From Polyangiaceae bacterium (GTDB lineage Bacteria > Myxococcota_A > Polyangia > Polyangiales > Polyangiaceae): a stretch of DNA of 64,000 bases. Made by a program: the position numbers and the translations under genes. The notes beneath the pieces are model-generated. The model was not told the DNA's origin. It worked only from the letters and a program-made list of their open reading frames with translations, and ran no database searches. The DNA lies in NCBI GenBank assembly GCA_035063585.1, contig JAPSGB010000023.1, positions 1 through 64,000 on the forward strand, written 5' to 3'. Below, in pieces: positions 28,215 to 37,689 of this stretch (positions are counted from its first letter, which is position 1; every line of letters starts with the position of its first letter).

Positions 28215-29462
28215 TTGAGCGACGTTCGTGAGCTCGCCGTTCGCGGTAAGCGCGCGGCGCGCGCCCTCGCCAAGCTCGGGAGCCGGCAGAAGGACGACGC
28301 GCTCCGCGCCCTCGGGCTCGCGCTGCGCGAGAGCGTGTCGCACGTCGTCGAGGCGAATCATGAGGATCTCGCCCGCGCGCGTGAGGCCGGTCTCGGCCGC
28401 GCGATGCTCGAGCGGCTCACCCTCGACGCCGCGCAGCTCGAGCGAGTCGCGCTCGCCGTCGAGCACGTGATGGGGCTCGAGGATCCGGTCGGCGCGCGGC
28501 GCGAGATGCGCCGCCTCCCGAACGGGCTCCTCGTGGGCAAGGAGCGCGTCCCGCTCGGGCTCATCGCGATGATTTACGAGTCGCGCCCCGGGGTCACCGT
28601 GGACGCCGCTTCGCTCGCGATCAAGAGCGGCAACGCGGTGCTCTTGCGCGGCGGCAAGGAGGCGTCCGCCACCAACGCGGTGCTCGGTGAGATTCTCGCC
28701 GAGGCGCTCGCGGAGGCGGGGCTCCCGCCGGAGGCCGCTCAGATCGTGCCGGCCACCGATCGCGAGGGCATCCGTGAGCTCCTCGGGCTGAGCGGGCTCG
28801 TGGATCTGGCGATCCCGCGGGGAGGCGAGGGGCTCATCCGGTTCGTCGCCGAGCACGCGCGGGTACCGGTCATCAAGCACTACAAGGGTGTCTGTCACCT
28901 CTACCTCGACGAGGGCTGCGAGCCGAGCATGGCGATCGCCCTCGCCGTGAATGGCAAGGCGCAGCGCCCGGGCGTGTGCAACGCGCTCGAGTGCCTGCTC
29001 GTGAACGCCAAGGACGCGAGCGGGCTCCTGCCGCGGGTGGCCGACGCGCTCCTCGCGGCGGGTGTCGAGCTGCGCGGCTGTCCGCGCACGCTCGAGCTCG
29101 TGCCACGCGCGAAGCCCGCCGCCGCGGAGGACTGGGGGGCGGAGTTCCTCGATTTGGTGCTCGCGGTTCGGGTGGTCGAGGATCTCGACGCCGCGCTCGA
29201 GCACGTCGAGCGCTACGGCTCGCACCACAGTGAGGCGATCTGCACACCGAGCCACCAGCACGCCCAGCGCTGGCTCGCCGAGGTCGACGCGAGCTGCGTG
29301 CTCGTGAACGCCTCGACGCGCTTCAACGACGGCGGGGAGCTCGGGCTGGGCGCCGAGATCGGCATCTCCACCGACAAGCTTCACGCGTACGGCCCCATGG
29401 GGCTCGAGAGCCTCACCAGCGAGAAGTGGATCGTGCTCGGTGATGGTCAAACCCGAAGCTAG
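28215..29462 (+). CDS. proA: Gamma-glutamyl phosphate reductase
   Basis: VPLGLIAMIYESRP, KSGNAVLLRGGKEA, PRGGEGLI, PGVCNALE, NASTRFNDGGELGLGAEIGIST.KLHA.GPMGL. Confidence 0.98.
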   Translation: MSDVRELAVRGKRAARALAKLGSRQKDDALRALGLALRESVSHVVEANHEDLARAREAGLGRAMLERLTLDAAQLERVALAVEHVMGLEDPVGARREMRRLPNGLLVGKERVPLGLIAMIYESRPGVTVDAASLAIKSGNAVLLRGGKEASATNAVLGEILAEALAEAGLPPEAAQIVPATDREGIRELLGLSGLVDLAIPRGGEGLIRFVAEHARVPVIKHYKGVCHLYLDEGCEPSMAIALAVNGKAQRPGVCNALECLLVNAKDASGLLPRVADALLAAGVELRGCPRTLELVPRAKPAAAEDWGAEFLDLVLAVRVVEDLDAALEHVERYGSHHSEAICTPSHQHAQRWLAEVDASCVLVNASTRFNDGGELGLGAEIGISTDKLHAYGPMGLESLTSEKWIVLGDGQTRS

Positions 29463-29470
29463 AGTCACCC

Positions 29471-29911
29471 GTGAAACTGAAGAAGCCGAAGCGTCCTACC
29501 CCGAGCTCGTCGCGCCCTGGCGCGGTCCGCCTCACGCGCCCCGACACCGCCCGCGCGCAAGCCATCGCGCTCGAGGCCGCTCGAGCCGGGCTCGACAAGA
29601 AGGCCGGCGGAGTCGAGATCATCGACGTCACCGGCAAGGTCGACTACGCCGACTACCTGGTGGTCATGACCGGCCAGAGCGATCGGCACGTCGCCGCCAT
29701 CGCCGACTCGGTCGAGGCCGAGCTGGCCAAGTCCGGCACGCGCGCCATCTCGACCGAGGGGCTGCCGGTCGCCGAGTGGGTGCTCATCGATTTCGTCGAC
29801 GTGGTCGTGCACGTCTTCGTCGAGGAGCTGCGGAGCCTCTACGATCTGGACGGGCTGTGGATGGACGCGCGCCGGATCCCGGTGCCTGACGACGCGCCCG
29901 GCGGCGGGTGA
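29471..29911 (+). CDS. rsfS: Ribosome silencing factor
   Basis: DKKA..V.IIDV, DYLVVMTG.SDRHVAAIAD, WVLIDF.DVVVHVF....R..YDLDGLW. Confidence 0.95.
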   Translation: MKLKKPKRPTPSSSRPGAVRLTRPDTARAQAIALEAARAGLDKKAGGVEIIDVTGKVDYADYLVVMTGQSDRHVAAIADSVEAELAKSGTRAISTEGLPVAEWVLIDFVDVVVHVFVEELRSLYDLDGLWMDARRIPVPDDAPGGG

Positions 29912-30336
29912 GGCTCGTCGTCGTCGCGGTGGGTCGCATCCGCGAGCGCGCGCTCCGCGCGGTCGCGGACGACTACCTCGGGCGCGTCCGTCGCTACGCG
30001 CGCGCGGAGGAGGTCGAGGTCAAGGACGCCGCGGCGCTCGCGCGGAGCGTGCCCTCGGAGGCGCTGCTCGTCGCGCTCGAGGTCGACGGCGAGCGCCCCT
30101 CGAGCACCGCGCTCGCCCGCTCGCTCGAACGCTGGACGACGCGAGGAAAGGGCCTGGTCGCGTTCGTCATCGGCGGCGCGGAGGGGCTGCCCGGCGAGCT
30201 GTCGGCGCGCGCCGACGCGCGGCTCAGCCTCTCCAGCCTGACGCTTCCGCACCGACTCGCTCGCATCATCCTCTACGAGCAGCTCTACCGCGCCTTCACC
30301 ATCCTGCGCGGGGAGCCCTACGCGCGCGAAGATTAG
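29908..30336 (+). CDS. rlmH: 23S rRNA m3-pseudouridine1915 methyltransferase
   Basis: MRLVVVAVGR, FVIGGAEG, LSLSSLTLPHRLARIILYEQLYRAFTILRGEPY; GTGA overlap with rsfS. Confidence 0.95.
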   Translation: MRLVVVAVGRIRERALRAVADDYLGRVRRYARAEEVEVKDAAALARSVPSEALLVALEVDGERPSSTALARSLERWTTRGKGLVAFVIGGAEGLPGELSARADARLSLSSLTLPHRLARIILYEQLYRAFTILRGEPYARED

Positions 30337-30462
30337 GATGATGGCCGAGCGGCGAGCGTGCGGTCATTGGACCAGCGCCGACCGCCCGGCCCCGCCGATG
30401 AACCCGCGCGCCGCGGGCGCGCTCGCGGCCCGCGCCGCCGGCCGCGGGCGGACCGGCACCCC

Positions 30463-31239
30463 TCAGGCCGGCTTGCGCTTCTTGCCGAAGAGGTACGCGA
30501 TTCCGATGCTCAGCCCGTAGAGCAGGCAGAGCGGGATGGCGAGCATGAACTGGCTCGTGATGTCGGGCGGAGTGAGGATGGCGGCGACCGTGAACGCGAT
30601 GACGATGAAGTAACGCGCGAACTTGATGAGGTGCGTGTGGTTCACGACGCCGGCGACCGACAAGAAGAACACTACGATGGGGAGCTCGAAGACCGAGCCG
30701 AAGGCGAGCAGCATCTGGGTCACGAGCTCGATGTAGTCTCCGATCATCACCGTCGGCATGACCTGGAAATCCGTGCTTCCGCCCACCGGGCCGCTGAAGC
30801 CGAGGAGGTAGCGGAACGCGACTGGGAACGCGAAGCGCCAGCCGAACCACCCGCCGACCGCGAAGAGCGCGCATGAGGACACCACGAACGGCATCGCGTA
30901 GCGCCGCTCGCGGGAGTAGAGGCCCGGCGCGATGAAGGCCCAGAGTTGGTAGAGGATGACCGGCAGCGAGAACACGAACCCGGCGAGCAGCGCGAGCTTC
31001 ACGTAGGCGATGAAGAGCGAGGCGGGCGCCGGGAAATGGAGCGCCGCCTTGCCGCCGACCTGGGCCTCCGTCCACGCCTCGATGAACGGCGCCGTGAGCC
31101 AGAGCAAGAGCTGTTCGCGGAAGAGCCAGGCGAGCCCGGTCCCCACGCCGAACGCGAGCATGGCCTTGATGATGCGAAAGCGGAGCTCCTCGAGGTGCTC
31201 CCAGAAGGTCATCGTCCCGGCCTCGAGCTCGTCGCTCAT
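30463..31239 (-). CDS. tatC: Twin-arginine translocase subunit TatC
   Basis: MTFWEHLEELR, YQLWAFIAPGLY..E, FELP, AAILTPPD. Confidence 0.97.
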   Translation of the reverse strand: MSDELEAGTMTFWEHLEELRFRIIKAMLAFGVGTGLAWLFREQLLLWLTAPFIEAWTEAQVGGKAALHFPAPASLFIAYVKLALLAGFVFSLPVILYQLWAFIAPGLYSRERRYAMPFVVSSCALFAVGGWFGWRFAFPVAFRYLLGFSGPVGGSTDFQVMPTVMIGDYIELVTQMLLAFGSVFELPIVVFFLSVAGVVNHTHLIKFARYFIVIAFTVAAILTPPDITSQFMLAIPLCLLYGLSIGIAYLFGKKRKPA

Positions 31240-31631
31240 GCGCTCTCTTCACCCTCGCGCAGGTCGTCGACGAGGTCGTCGGCGATGGCGCCGTAGCTGT
31301 CGGGCCCCTCGGGGGGATACTCGCGGAAGCGGTCGAGGTCGTAGACCTCGCGGTAAGGGTCGGCGTCCTCCTCCTCGTAGGCGCGCCGCTCGCGCCCCAT
31401 CGCGATGTCGCCGCGGAGCAAGCTGCGAAACTCGGTGATGCCGCCGTCGAGCCCCTCCTGGCGGAGCAGCTCGTCGATGCCCGTCTGGGCGCGCACCTGG
31501 CTCGTGAGGGTGCGGAGCTTGCGGAGGAAACGACCCGCGGTAAGGAGCATCGCGGGCAGCTTCTGCGGGCCTACCACGATGAGCAGGACCAGCGCGATCA
31601 CCGTGATCTCGGTGAACGAGATGCCGAACAC
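31236..31631 (-). CDS. tatB: Twin-arginine translocase subunit TatB
   Basis: MFGISFTEI.VI..V.LIVVGPQKLP; immediately upstream of tatC with ATGA overlap. Confidence 0.88.
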   Translation of the reverse strand: MFGISFTEITVIALVLLIVVGPQKLPAMLLTAGRFLRKLRTLTSQVRAQTGIDELLRQEGLDGGITEFRSLLRGDIAMGRERRAYEEEDADPYREVYDLDRFREYPPEGPDSYGAIADDLVDDLREGEESA

Positions 31632-31684
31632 GGCGAGACGCTAGCTCGCTCGATAGTGGCGCGCAATCGCCGCGCGAGGGGGCG

Positions 31685-33856
31685 TCAGGGCGACAGCCAG
31701 ACCGGGTTCGTGAACGCGAAGGGGTAGACGCCGGGCGCGAACACGTTCTCGAGCGGCTTCTTCCCGCGCGCGAGCACCACCACGAAGGTCGACCCGGAGA
31801 AGGTGAGCTCGAAGGTGGTGTCGAGGCGGACCACCTCGCGCGAGGGCGGCACCGCGAAGAAGCGGACGCGGCGCCCCTCACCACCGAGCAGGACCTCGAC
31901 CTCGCTCACGTCGATCCAGGGGGCGGCGCGGATCCGCAGGTGGACCGGGACCCGGGGCCCGCGCCCGGAGATCGCCTCGCCGGGGCCGGCGCCGCCGGCC
32001 TCGAGGTCGATGATCGGACCGCTCGTGACGGTGACTCGCCCGGCCCGGATCGCGGCGACCACCGCCGCGGGATCGGCGTTGACGTCATCGGCGTCGCTCG
32101 CGGCATCCCCCCAGCGGATTAGGTTACGCGGGACGCCCGGATCGAGAAAAAAGAGCTTGTGCGAGTCGCTGTTGCCGGTCGCCGTGTAGCGGCGGCCCTG
32201 GCCGAGCAGGTGCAGCCAGTCGAAGAGCACCTTTCGGATCCTCGGCACGCTCACTTGATCGAGCCCGTTGAAGATCTCGATGGCGTCGAAGCTCGGGTCG
32301 TACTCGTCCGAGGAGCTGGCTGGAACGCGGCCGGTCGCCGGATCGAGCTTGTAGAAATGGAAGTAGCCGAGGTCGGCCATGCGCGGGTGGTTTGCGGTGA
32401 GGAGCCCGCGCGGGTTTGCCGCCCGCGCCTCGGCGAACATGCGCTTCGGGGTGGTGTCCGTGAAACCGATGCGGGCGCCCGGCTCGAGCGGGAAGTATCC
32501 GAAGTGTCCGAAGCGACGCCCCACCGGGCTGAGCTCGGTGCCGCGGAGGGTGAGGACGTGGCTCGCGAGCTCCCCCTTGCACTCGAGCGCGCGGACGGTC
32601 GGCGCCAGATCGGTCACGGTGAAGTGGTCGGTCGCCACCGCGAGCTCGACGCCCTCGGCGGCGACCGAGAGCACGCGCGCCGCGTGCGCGATGTCGGCGT
32701 CCACGCTCGCGGCCTGGTGAAGGTGGAGATCGCCCGAGATCCACCCCGGAGTCTCGATGACCCGCGGGAGCGTGCCCTCCACGCGCGCGACGGCCCCCGC
32801 CGCGATGTCGACCGTCCACCGCGCCGCGTCGCGCTCGATGCCGGCGGTCGCCATCACCGAGTAGCGCCCCGGCGGCAGCGCGCGCGCGAAGCGCCCGGTG
32901 CCGCTCCACACGAAGCGGCCCGCGCCGTCGGTGCCACCGTCGCTCCCGAAATCGGGGGTGCGGGTGCCCGCGAGGCCCGCGAGCGAGAGCTTGGCGGCGA
33001 GCGGCTTGCCCGCCTCGTCGCGGACCGTCACCTCGAGCGTCCCGGTCGCGCTCGACGGCTTCGCGGGCGACTCGGCGATAGGGGAGTAGGCGAGGCTGCG
33101 CGTCACCACGAGGCTCTCGCCGGGGCCGAGGCTGCCGGTCGCGTAGGTCGTGTAGATCGCCGGGGCGAGGCCGTGCTGCAGCGTCGTGAACTTCAGGCTC
33201 ATCGGGTCACGCGTCGAGAGCACCAGATCTCCGCCGGCCCCCTTGCGGCCAATCCAGCGCGCGCGCCCGCTGAAGTTCTCTCCGGCGCGCCCCACGCCGC
33301 CGACGTAGTAGCTCACGTTGCCCCACTTCACCGCGTCTCCCACGCCGATCGCCGAGAGGCGTCCGCCGTCCTTGTGGCGGAGGGTGGTCGTGATGTCGAT
33401 GCGCGGTGCGGTCGCGTCGAGCGCGTAGCGCGTGACGATCTCGAGCCGCCCGGCGCCGAGGCCGAGCGTCGAGGTCGCCTCGACGGCCCCGTCCGCGTCT
33501 CGCACCGTCTCGGCGACCACGTTGTACATCGCGCCGGCCGTGGTCACGATCGGGTGGAGCTGCCAGAGGCCGTCGATGAAGGTGTGGTCGCCGAGCTGCG
33601 GCGCGCTCGGCAAGACCGGCGGAACCGGCCAGAAGTCGAGCAGCCAGCCGTCGCTCCGGCGCACCACGCCGACCGCCGACGGGTTCGCGAAGGCGAAATC
33701 GCCGGGCTCGCCGGTGACGCGCAGCCTGCCCGCGAGGAGCGCGGCGTCGGCCGGGAACGGCGCGCTCGTCCCCGGGGCGCTGGGCTCGCTCGGCGCGCTG
33801 GCCGCGGTCGCCGCCGCGAGGAGCGCGAGCGCGCCACGAGTCTTCCAACGCATCAT
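31685..33856 (-). CDS. Secreted PHP-domain (CehA/McbA-like) metallohydrolase
   Basis: Signal peptide from ATG 33856; GDLHLH, ATDH, GTE, GHF, NHPR, AIEIFNG, GNSDSH; ends FTNPVW. Confidence 0.85.
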   Translation of the reverse strand: MMRWKTRGALALLAAATAASAPSEPSAPGTSAPFPADAALLAGRLRVTGEPGDFAFANPSAVGVVRRSDGWLLDFWPVPPVLPSAPQLGDHTFIDGLWQLHPIVTTAGAMYNVVAETVRDADGAVEATSTLGLGAGRLEIVTRYALDATAPRIDITTTLRHKDGGRLSAIGVGDAVKWGNVSYYVGGVGRAGENFSGRARWIGRKGAGGDLVLSTRDPMSLKFTTLQHGLAPAIYTTYATGSLGPGESLVVTRSLAYSPIAESPAKPSSATGTLEVTVRDEAGKPLAAKLSLAGLAGTRTPDFGSDGGTDGAGRFVWSGTGRFARALPPGRYSVMATAGIERDAARWTVDIAAGAVARVEGTLPRVIETPGWISGDLHLHQAASVDADIAHAARVLSVAAEGVELAVATDHFTVTDLAPTVRALECKGELASHVLTLRGTELSPVGRRFGHFGYFPLEPGARIGFTDTTPKRMFAEARAANPRGLLTANHPRMADLGYFHFYKLDPATGRVPASSSDEYDPSFDAIEIFNGLDQVSVPRIRKVLFDWLHLLGQGRRYTATGNSDSHKLFFLDPGVPRNLIRWGDAASDADDVNADPAAVVAAIRAGRVTVTSGPIIDLEAGGAGPGEAISGRGPRVPVHLRIRAAPWIDVSEVEVLLGGEGRRVRFFAVPPSREVVRLDTTFELTFSGSTFVVVLARGKKPLENVFAPGVYPFAFTNPVWLSP

Positions 33857-33914
33857 CCCGGCGCTATCTGCACCCGTGGACCCCGGCTCGCAAGTAGGAC
33901 TAACCTGGGCACCG

Positions 33915-35201
33915 ATGCGGCTCGGGACGACGGCGATGGCGGCGCTCGCGCTCGCCGCGGTGGCCCCGGTCGCCGCCGCCTCTCCGGCGGACCTCTTCGG
34001 CTTCGGCCCCGAGAGCCAGTCGATGGGGGGCACCGGGGCGGCGGTCGGACGGGGCTTCGGCGCCGCGTACGGCAACCCGGCGCTCCTCTCGCGCTCGCGC
34101 TCGCGTGAGCTGTCGCTCGGCTATCAGCTCGCGCGCTTCTCGCTCCGCGCCGACGGCCCGCGCGCGCCGGGCCCGCTCGGCGTCGAGGGGCTCAGCGGGA
34201 CGTACATCGGCGCGGTCCTGCCCATCCCCTTCGGCGGCGTGCTCGAGCATCGGCTGGTCGCGGGCCTCGGCGCCTTCACCCCGCGCTCGCTCATCGCGCG
34301 GGCGCGGCTCCTCTACCCGGAGCGGCCGCAGTTCCCGGTGCTCGCGGATCGCGCGCAGACGCTCGAGTTCACCATGGGCCTCGGCGCCGATCTCGGTCAT
34401 GGCGTCCGGGTCGGCGCGGGCGCGCGCGCGCTGGCCGAGCTGGTCGGCACGGTCGTCGTTCGCACCGACACCTCGGGGCGCGTGGGCACCGTGGTCGACG
34501 ATCAGCTGGTCGCCACCTACGCGCCGGTGGTGGGCGTAGCCGCCGAGCTCGGTCGCGGCTGGGAGGCAGGGCTCACCTGGCGCGGCGCGCTGTCGGCGGA
34601 GTTCCAAGTGCTGGTCGAGGTGCACGATCTCGGGCAGCTCGTGATACCGGATCTCCACATCGACGGCGTCGCGCAGTACGATCCGAGTGAGCTGCAGGCC
34701 GAGGTCGGCAAGCGTCTCGGGCCGGTCCTGCTCGCCGCCGGGGCGACCTACAAGCGCTGGTCGTCGTTTCCCGGTTGGACGCGTCCCACGGTGGAGTGCC
34801 CGCCGTCGCGCCCCGACTGCCTCGCGCTCCGGACGGCGCCGGTTGGCTTCCACGACACGGTCGTCCCGCGTCTCGGCGCGGAGCTCACGCTCCCGCTCGC
34901 GCGCTCGTCGGAGGCGCACCTGCGCGGCGGCTGGTTCTTCGAGCCGAGCCCCGTGCCGGAGCAGACCGGCGCTTCCAACTATTTCGACGACGCTCGGCAC
35001 GCGTTCACGATCGGCTACGGCGTCACGCTCGTCGAGCCCTTGCCGCCGGTGTCGGTGGACGCCTTCTTCCAAGAGCACCTCCTCGTCTCGCGCACCCACC
35101 AGAAGGGAGCGGGCGTCGATCCCGCGAACCCGGGCGCCCCCGCCGTGAAGAGCTCGGGATCCGTGCAGAACTTCGGGGTGGTCCTGGGGGTGAGGTTTTG
35201 A
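33915..35201 (+). CDS. FadL/OmpP1-like outer-membrane channel 1
   Basis: Signal peptide; hatch motif DLFGFGPESQSMGGTG.A...AAY.NPA; DTVVPRLG.E; LRGGW.FEPSPVP; ends GVRF. Confidence 0.82.
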   Translation: MRLGTTAMAALALAAVAPVAAASPADLFGFGPESQSMGGTGAAVGRGFGAAYGNPALLSRSRSRELSLGYQLARFSLRADGPRAPGPLGVEGLSGTYIGAVLPIPFGGVLEHRLVAGLGAFTPRSLIARARLLYPERPQFPVLADRAQTLEFTMGLGADLGHGVRVGAGARALAELVGTVVVRTDTSGRVGTVVDDQLVATYAPVVGVAAELGRGWEAGLTWRGALSAEFQVLVEVHDLGQLVIPDLHIDGVAQYDPSELQAEVGKRLGPVLLAAGATYKRWSSFPGWTRPTVECPPSRPDCLALRTAPVGFHDTVVPRLGAELTLPLARSSEAHLRGGWFFEPSPVPEQTGASNYFDDARHAFTIGYGVTLVEPLPPVSVDAFFQEHLLVSRTHQKGAGVDPANPGAPAVKSSGSVQNFGVVLGVRF

Positions 35202-36553
35202 TGGGGTGCCGGTCCGGCGCGGTCCCGGCGTTGACGCTCGCGGCGGTCGCCCTGCTCACCGCGAGCGCGCGCGCGAACCCCGCCGACACGTTCGGGCTCG
35301 GCTCGCGCTCGACCGCGATGGGCGGCGCGGTGAGCGCGAGCGTCACGGACTTCTCGGCGAACTACTATAACCCCTCCGGGCTCGCGCTCGCCCGCGGCAC
35401 CGACCTCTCGGTAGGCTACCTGGCGGTGGAGCAGCACCTCTCGATGAACGGAGAGGACAGCCGCGTCGATCCGGTGCACGGCGTGGTGGGCGGCGCGGTC
35501 GCCCGCGGCGACGTGCTCGGGATGCCCTTCGCGTTCGGGCTCGCCACGCACTTGCCGAACGATCGCCTCTCGCGCGCGCGGACCGTGCGGCTCGATCAGC
35601 CGCGCTTCATCCTCTACGACAACCGGCCGCAGCTCCTCTACCTGTCGACCAACCTGGCGTTTCGTCCGGCGCCCTGGCTCGCCATCGGCGGCGGCGTGAC
35701 CTTCCTCGCCGCGACCCGCGGGTCGTTCAACATCACCGGCACCGCGGTGCTCCCCGATAGTCTCGGACGCCGCTCCGAGTACGACTCGCAGCTCCGGCAC
35801 GAGGTCGACGCCGATCTCACGGCGGTGCGCTACCCCGAGGCCGGCGTCACCGTGAGGCCGGCGGACTGGCTCGCGCTGGCGCTCGTCTACCGTGGCCAGG
35901 CGCGCGTGAACCTCGAGATTTCCGCGCTGCTCGACGGCGACGTGGACGCCGGGCTCCTCACCGTGCCTGCCACCTATACCCTGGTGAGCCGCACCGTGAA
36001 CATCTTCGTCCCGCAGCAGGCCGTGCTCGGCGCGAGCGTGCACCCGCTCGAGGAGCTCGAGATCGGGCTCGATCTCACCTGGGTGGATTGGTCGAGCTAT
36101 GAGAGCCCGGTGAGCCGCACCGCGACCGAGCTCGACGTGCCGCTCACGAGCCTGCTCCCGCCGCCCACCAAGCCCTCGCCCGAGATCGAGCCGGGGTTCC
36201 TCGGCCGCATCGTCCCGCGGCTCGGCGTCGAGTATCGCTGGAGGGTGGCGGCGGCCTTCGAGCTCCCGCTGCGCGCTGGCTACGTCTACGAGCGGTCGCC
36301 CGTGCCGGAGCAGCGCGGCCAGACGAACTTCGTCGACCTGGATCGACACCTGCTCTCGCTCGGCGCCGGGGTGGTGTGGAAGGAGCCGGGTGAGGTGCTC
36401 CCGGGCGATCTCCGCCTCGACGCGCACGTCATGTACGGGATCCTGCCGACGCGCGTGACGCTGAAAGACAGTCCGGCGGATTTCACGGGTGACTATCGCG
36501 CGAGCGGCGACATGCTCGGGCTGGGCGCCACGCTCTCGGTGGGGTTTCGATGA
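35201..36553 (+). CDS. FadL/OmpP1-like outer-membrane channel 2
   Basis: TGATG coupling; DTFGLGSRSTAMGGA...SANYYNPSGL; WVDWSSY; IVPRLGVE; LRAGY.YERSPVP; ends SVGFR. Confidence 0.85.
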   Translation: MGCRSGAVPALTLAAVALLTASARANPADTFGLGSRSTAMGGAVSASVTDFSANYYNPSGLALARGTDLSVGYLAVEQHLSMNGEDSRVDPVHGVVGGAVARGDVLGMPFAFGLATHLPNDRLSRARTVRLDQPRFILYDNRPQLLYLSTNLAFRPAPWLAIGGGVTFLAATRGSFNITGTAVLPDSLGRRSEYDSQLRHEVDADLTAVRYPEAGVTVRPADWLALALVYRGQARVNLEISALLDGDVDAGLLTVPATYTLVSRTVNIFVPQQAVLGASVHPLEELEIGLDLTWVDWSSYESPVSRTATELDVPLTSLLPPPTKPSPEIEPGFLGRIVPRLGVEYRWRVAAAFELPLRAGYVYERSPVPEQRGQTNFVDLDRHLLSLGAGVVWKEPGEVLPGDLRLDAHVMYGILPTRVTLKDSPADFTGDYRASGDMLGLGATLSVGFR

Positions 36554-37602
36554 GGTGCGCGCGGCTGCTCGGCGCCCTCCTCCTCGCGCTCGGCGCGGCC
36601 CGCTGCGCCACGCTCGCCACCGGCGCCGGCGATGATGACGCGCCGCGACCGACGGCGAGCGCCGGGCCATTTCGGGAGGCTCGGCCGGAGGAGCTCGGCT
36701 CCACGAGCGCGCTCCCCGCGCCCTACCTCCTGCGAAAGGAGAATCGCCGCTTTCGAGAGGCGAGCGCGCTCCCGCTCGACGACCGGCCGCTCGGCGAGAC
36801 CGCGCTCTACGTGGTCGCGGAGGACGCCGCCGGGAACCCGGGCGGCATCTACCGCTTCGTGGCGCCCGACGCCCGGCGCTTCTCGGCCTCGCCGGAGTCG
36901 CCCGTGCTGACGGCGGAGGCGGCGTGGGAGGGCGCCAGCATCGGGGAGCCCGAGGCTCACCGGGTGGGCGACGAGATTTTCGTGTACTACTCCGGACGAG
37001 ACGGGATCGGGCTCGCGCGCTCGCGCGACGGCGTCTCCTTCACGCGCGAGCCCTCGCCCGTGCTCGGCGCGGCGGGCGGCGGCGCGTGGGAGGCCGGCGC
37101 GGCGCCCGCGAGTCCGGCGCTGCTCGAGGTCGGCCCGGACGACTACCGGCTCTTCTACGCCGCCGGCGGCCGCATCGGCGAGGCGCGCTCGCGCGACGGC
37201 GTGCGGTTCGACCGAGTCAGCGACGCGCCCGCGCTCGAGCCGGCGGGCGGCGGCGGAGGCGACGAGCCGCCCTTCGACAGCGAGTCGGTCGCGGAGCCCT
37301 CCGCGGTGCTCATGCGCTCCGCCGAGGGGCGGCTCATCACTCGGCTCTACTACGCGGGGCGCGGACCCGGCGGCAAGCGCGCCATCGGCATGGCCGCGCG
37401 CTTCGGCACGGACGGCGCGTTCACGCGCGCGCTCGCGCCGGTGTTCGCGGCGACGCGCGACGCGCGCTCCCCCTCGGTGGTGATTCGCCCGGGCGTCTCG
37501 CTCCTCTACCTGACGGAGAATAGCGGCGCGACCGGGAGCGCGCTCTACCCGGCGATCGCCCTCGGCGTGGCTCCGGGGAACGTAGCCCTCGCCGCGCCTT
37601 AG
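36550..37602 (+). CDS. Exported beta-propeller protein (GH43/32-type five-blade-like)
   Basis: ATGA overlap; hydrophobic signal with Cys; repeated blade motifs EP......YY.G....IG.ARS.DG..F.R...PV. Confidence 0.65.
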   Translation: MRCARLLGALLLALGAARCATLATGAGDDDAPRPTASAGPFREARPEELGSTSALPAPYLLRKENRRFREASALPLDDRPLGETALYVVAEDAAGNPGGIYRFVAPDARRFSASPESPVLTAEAAWEGASIGEPEAHRVGDEIFVYYSGRDGIGLARSRDGVSFTREPSPVLGAAGGGAWEAGAAPASPALLEVGPDDYRLFYAAGGRIGEARSRDGVRFDRVSDAPALEPAGGGGGDEPPFDSESVAEPSAVLMRSAEGRLITRLYYAGRGPGGKRAIGMAARFGTDGAFTRALAPVFAATRDARSPSVVIRPGVSLLYLTENSGATGSALYPAIALGVAPGNVALAAP

Positions 37603-37689
37603 AGGCAGAGGCGGCCGCGGCGCGAATGGCTCCCGCGCGAGCGGCGGCGCTAGGAGCGCGGGGCGCTTCACGGTAGACTGGCCCGCAAG

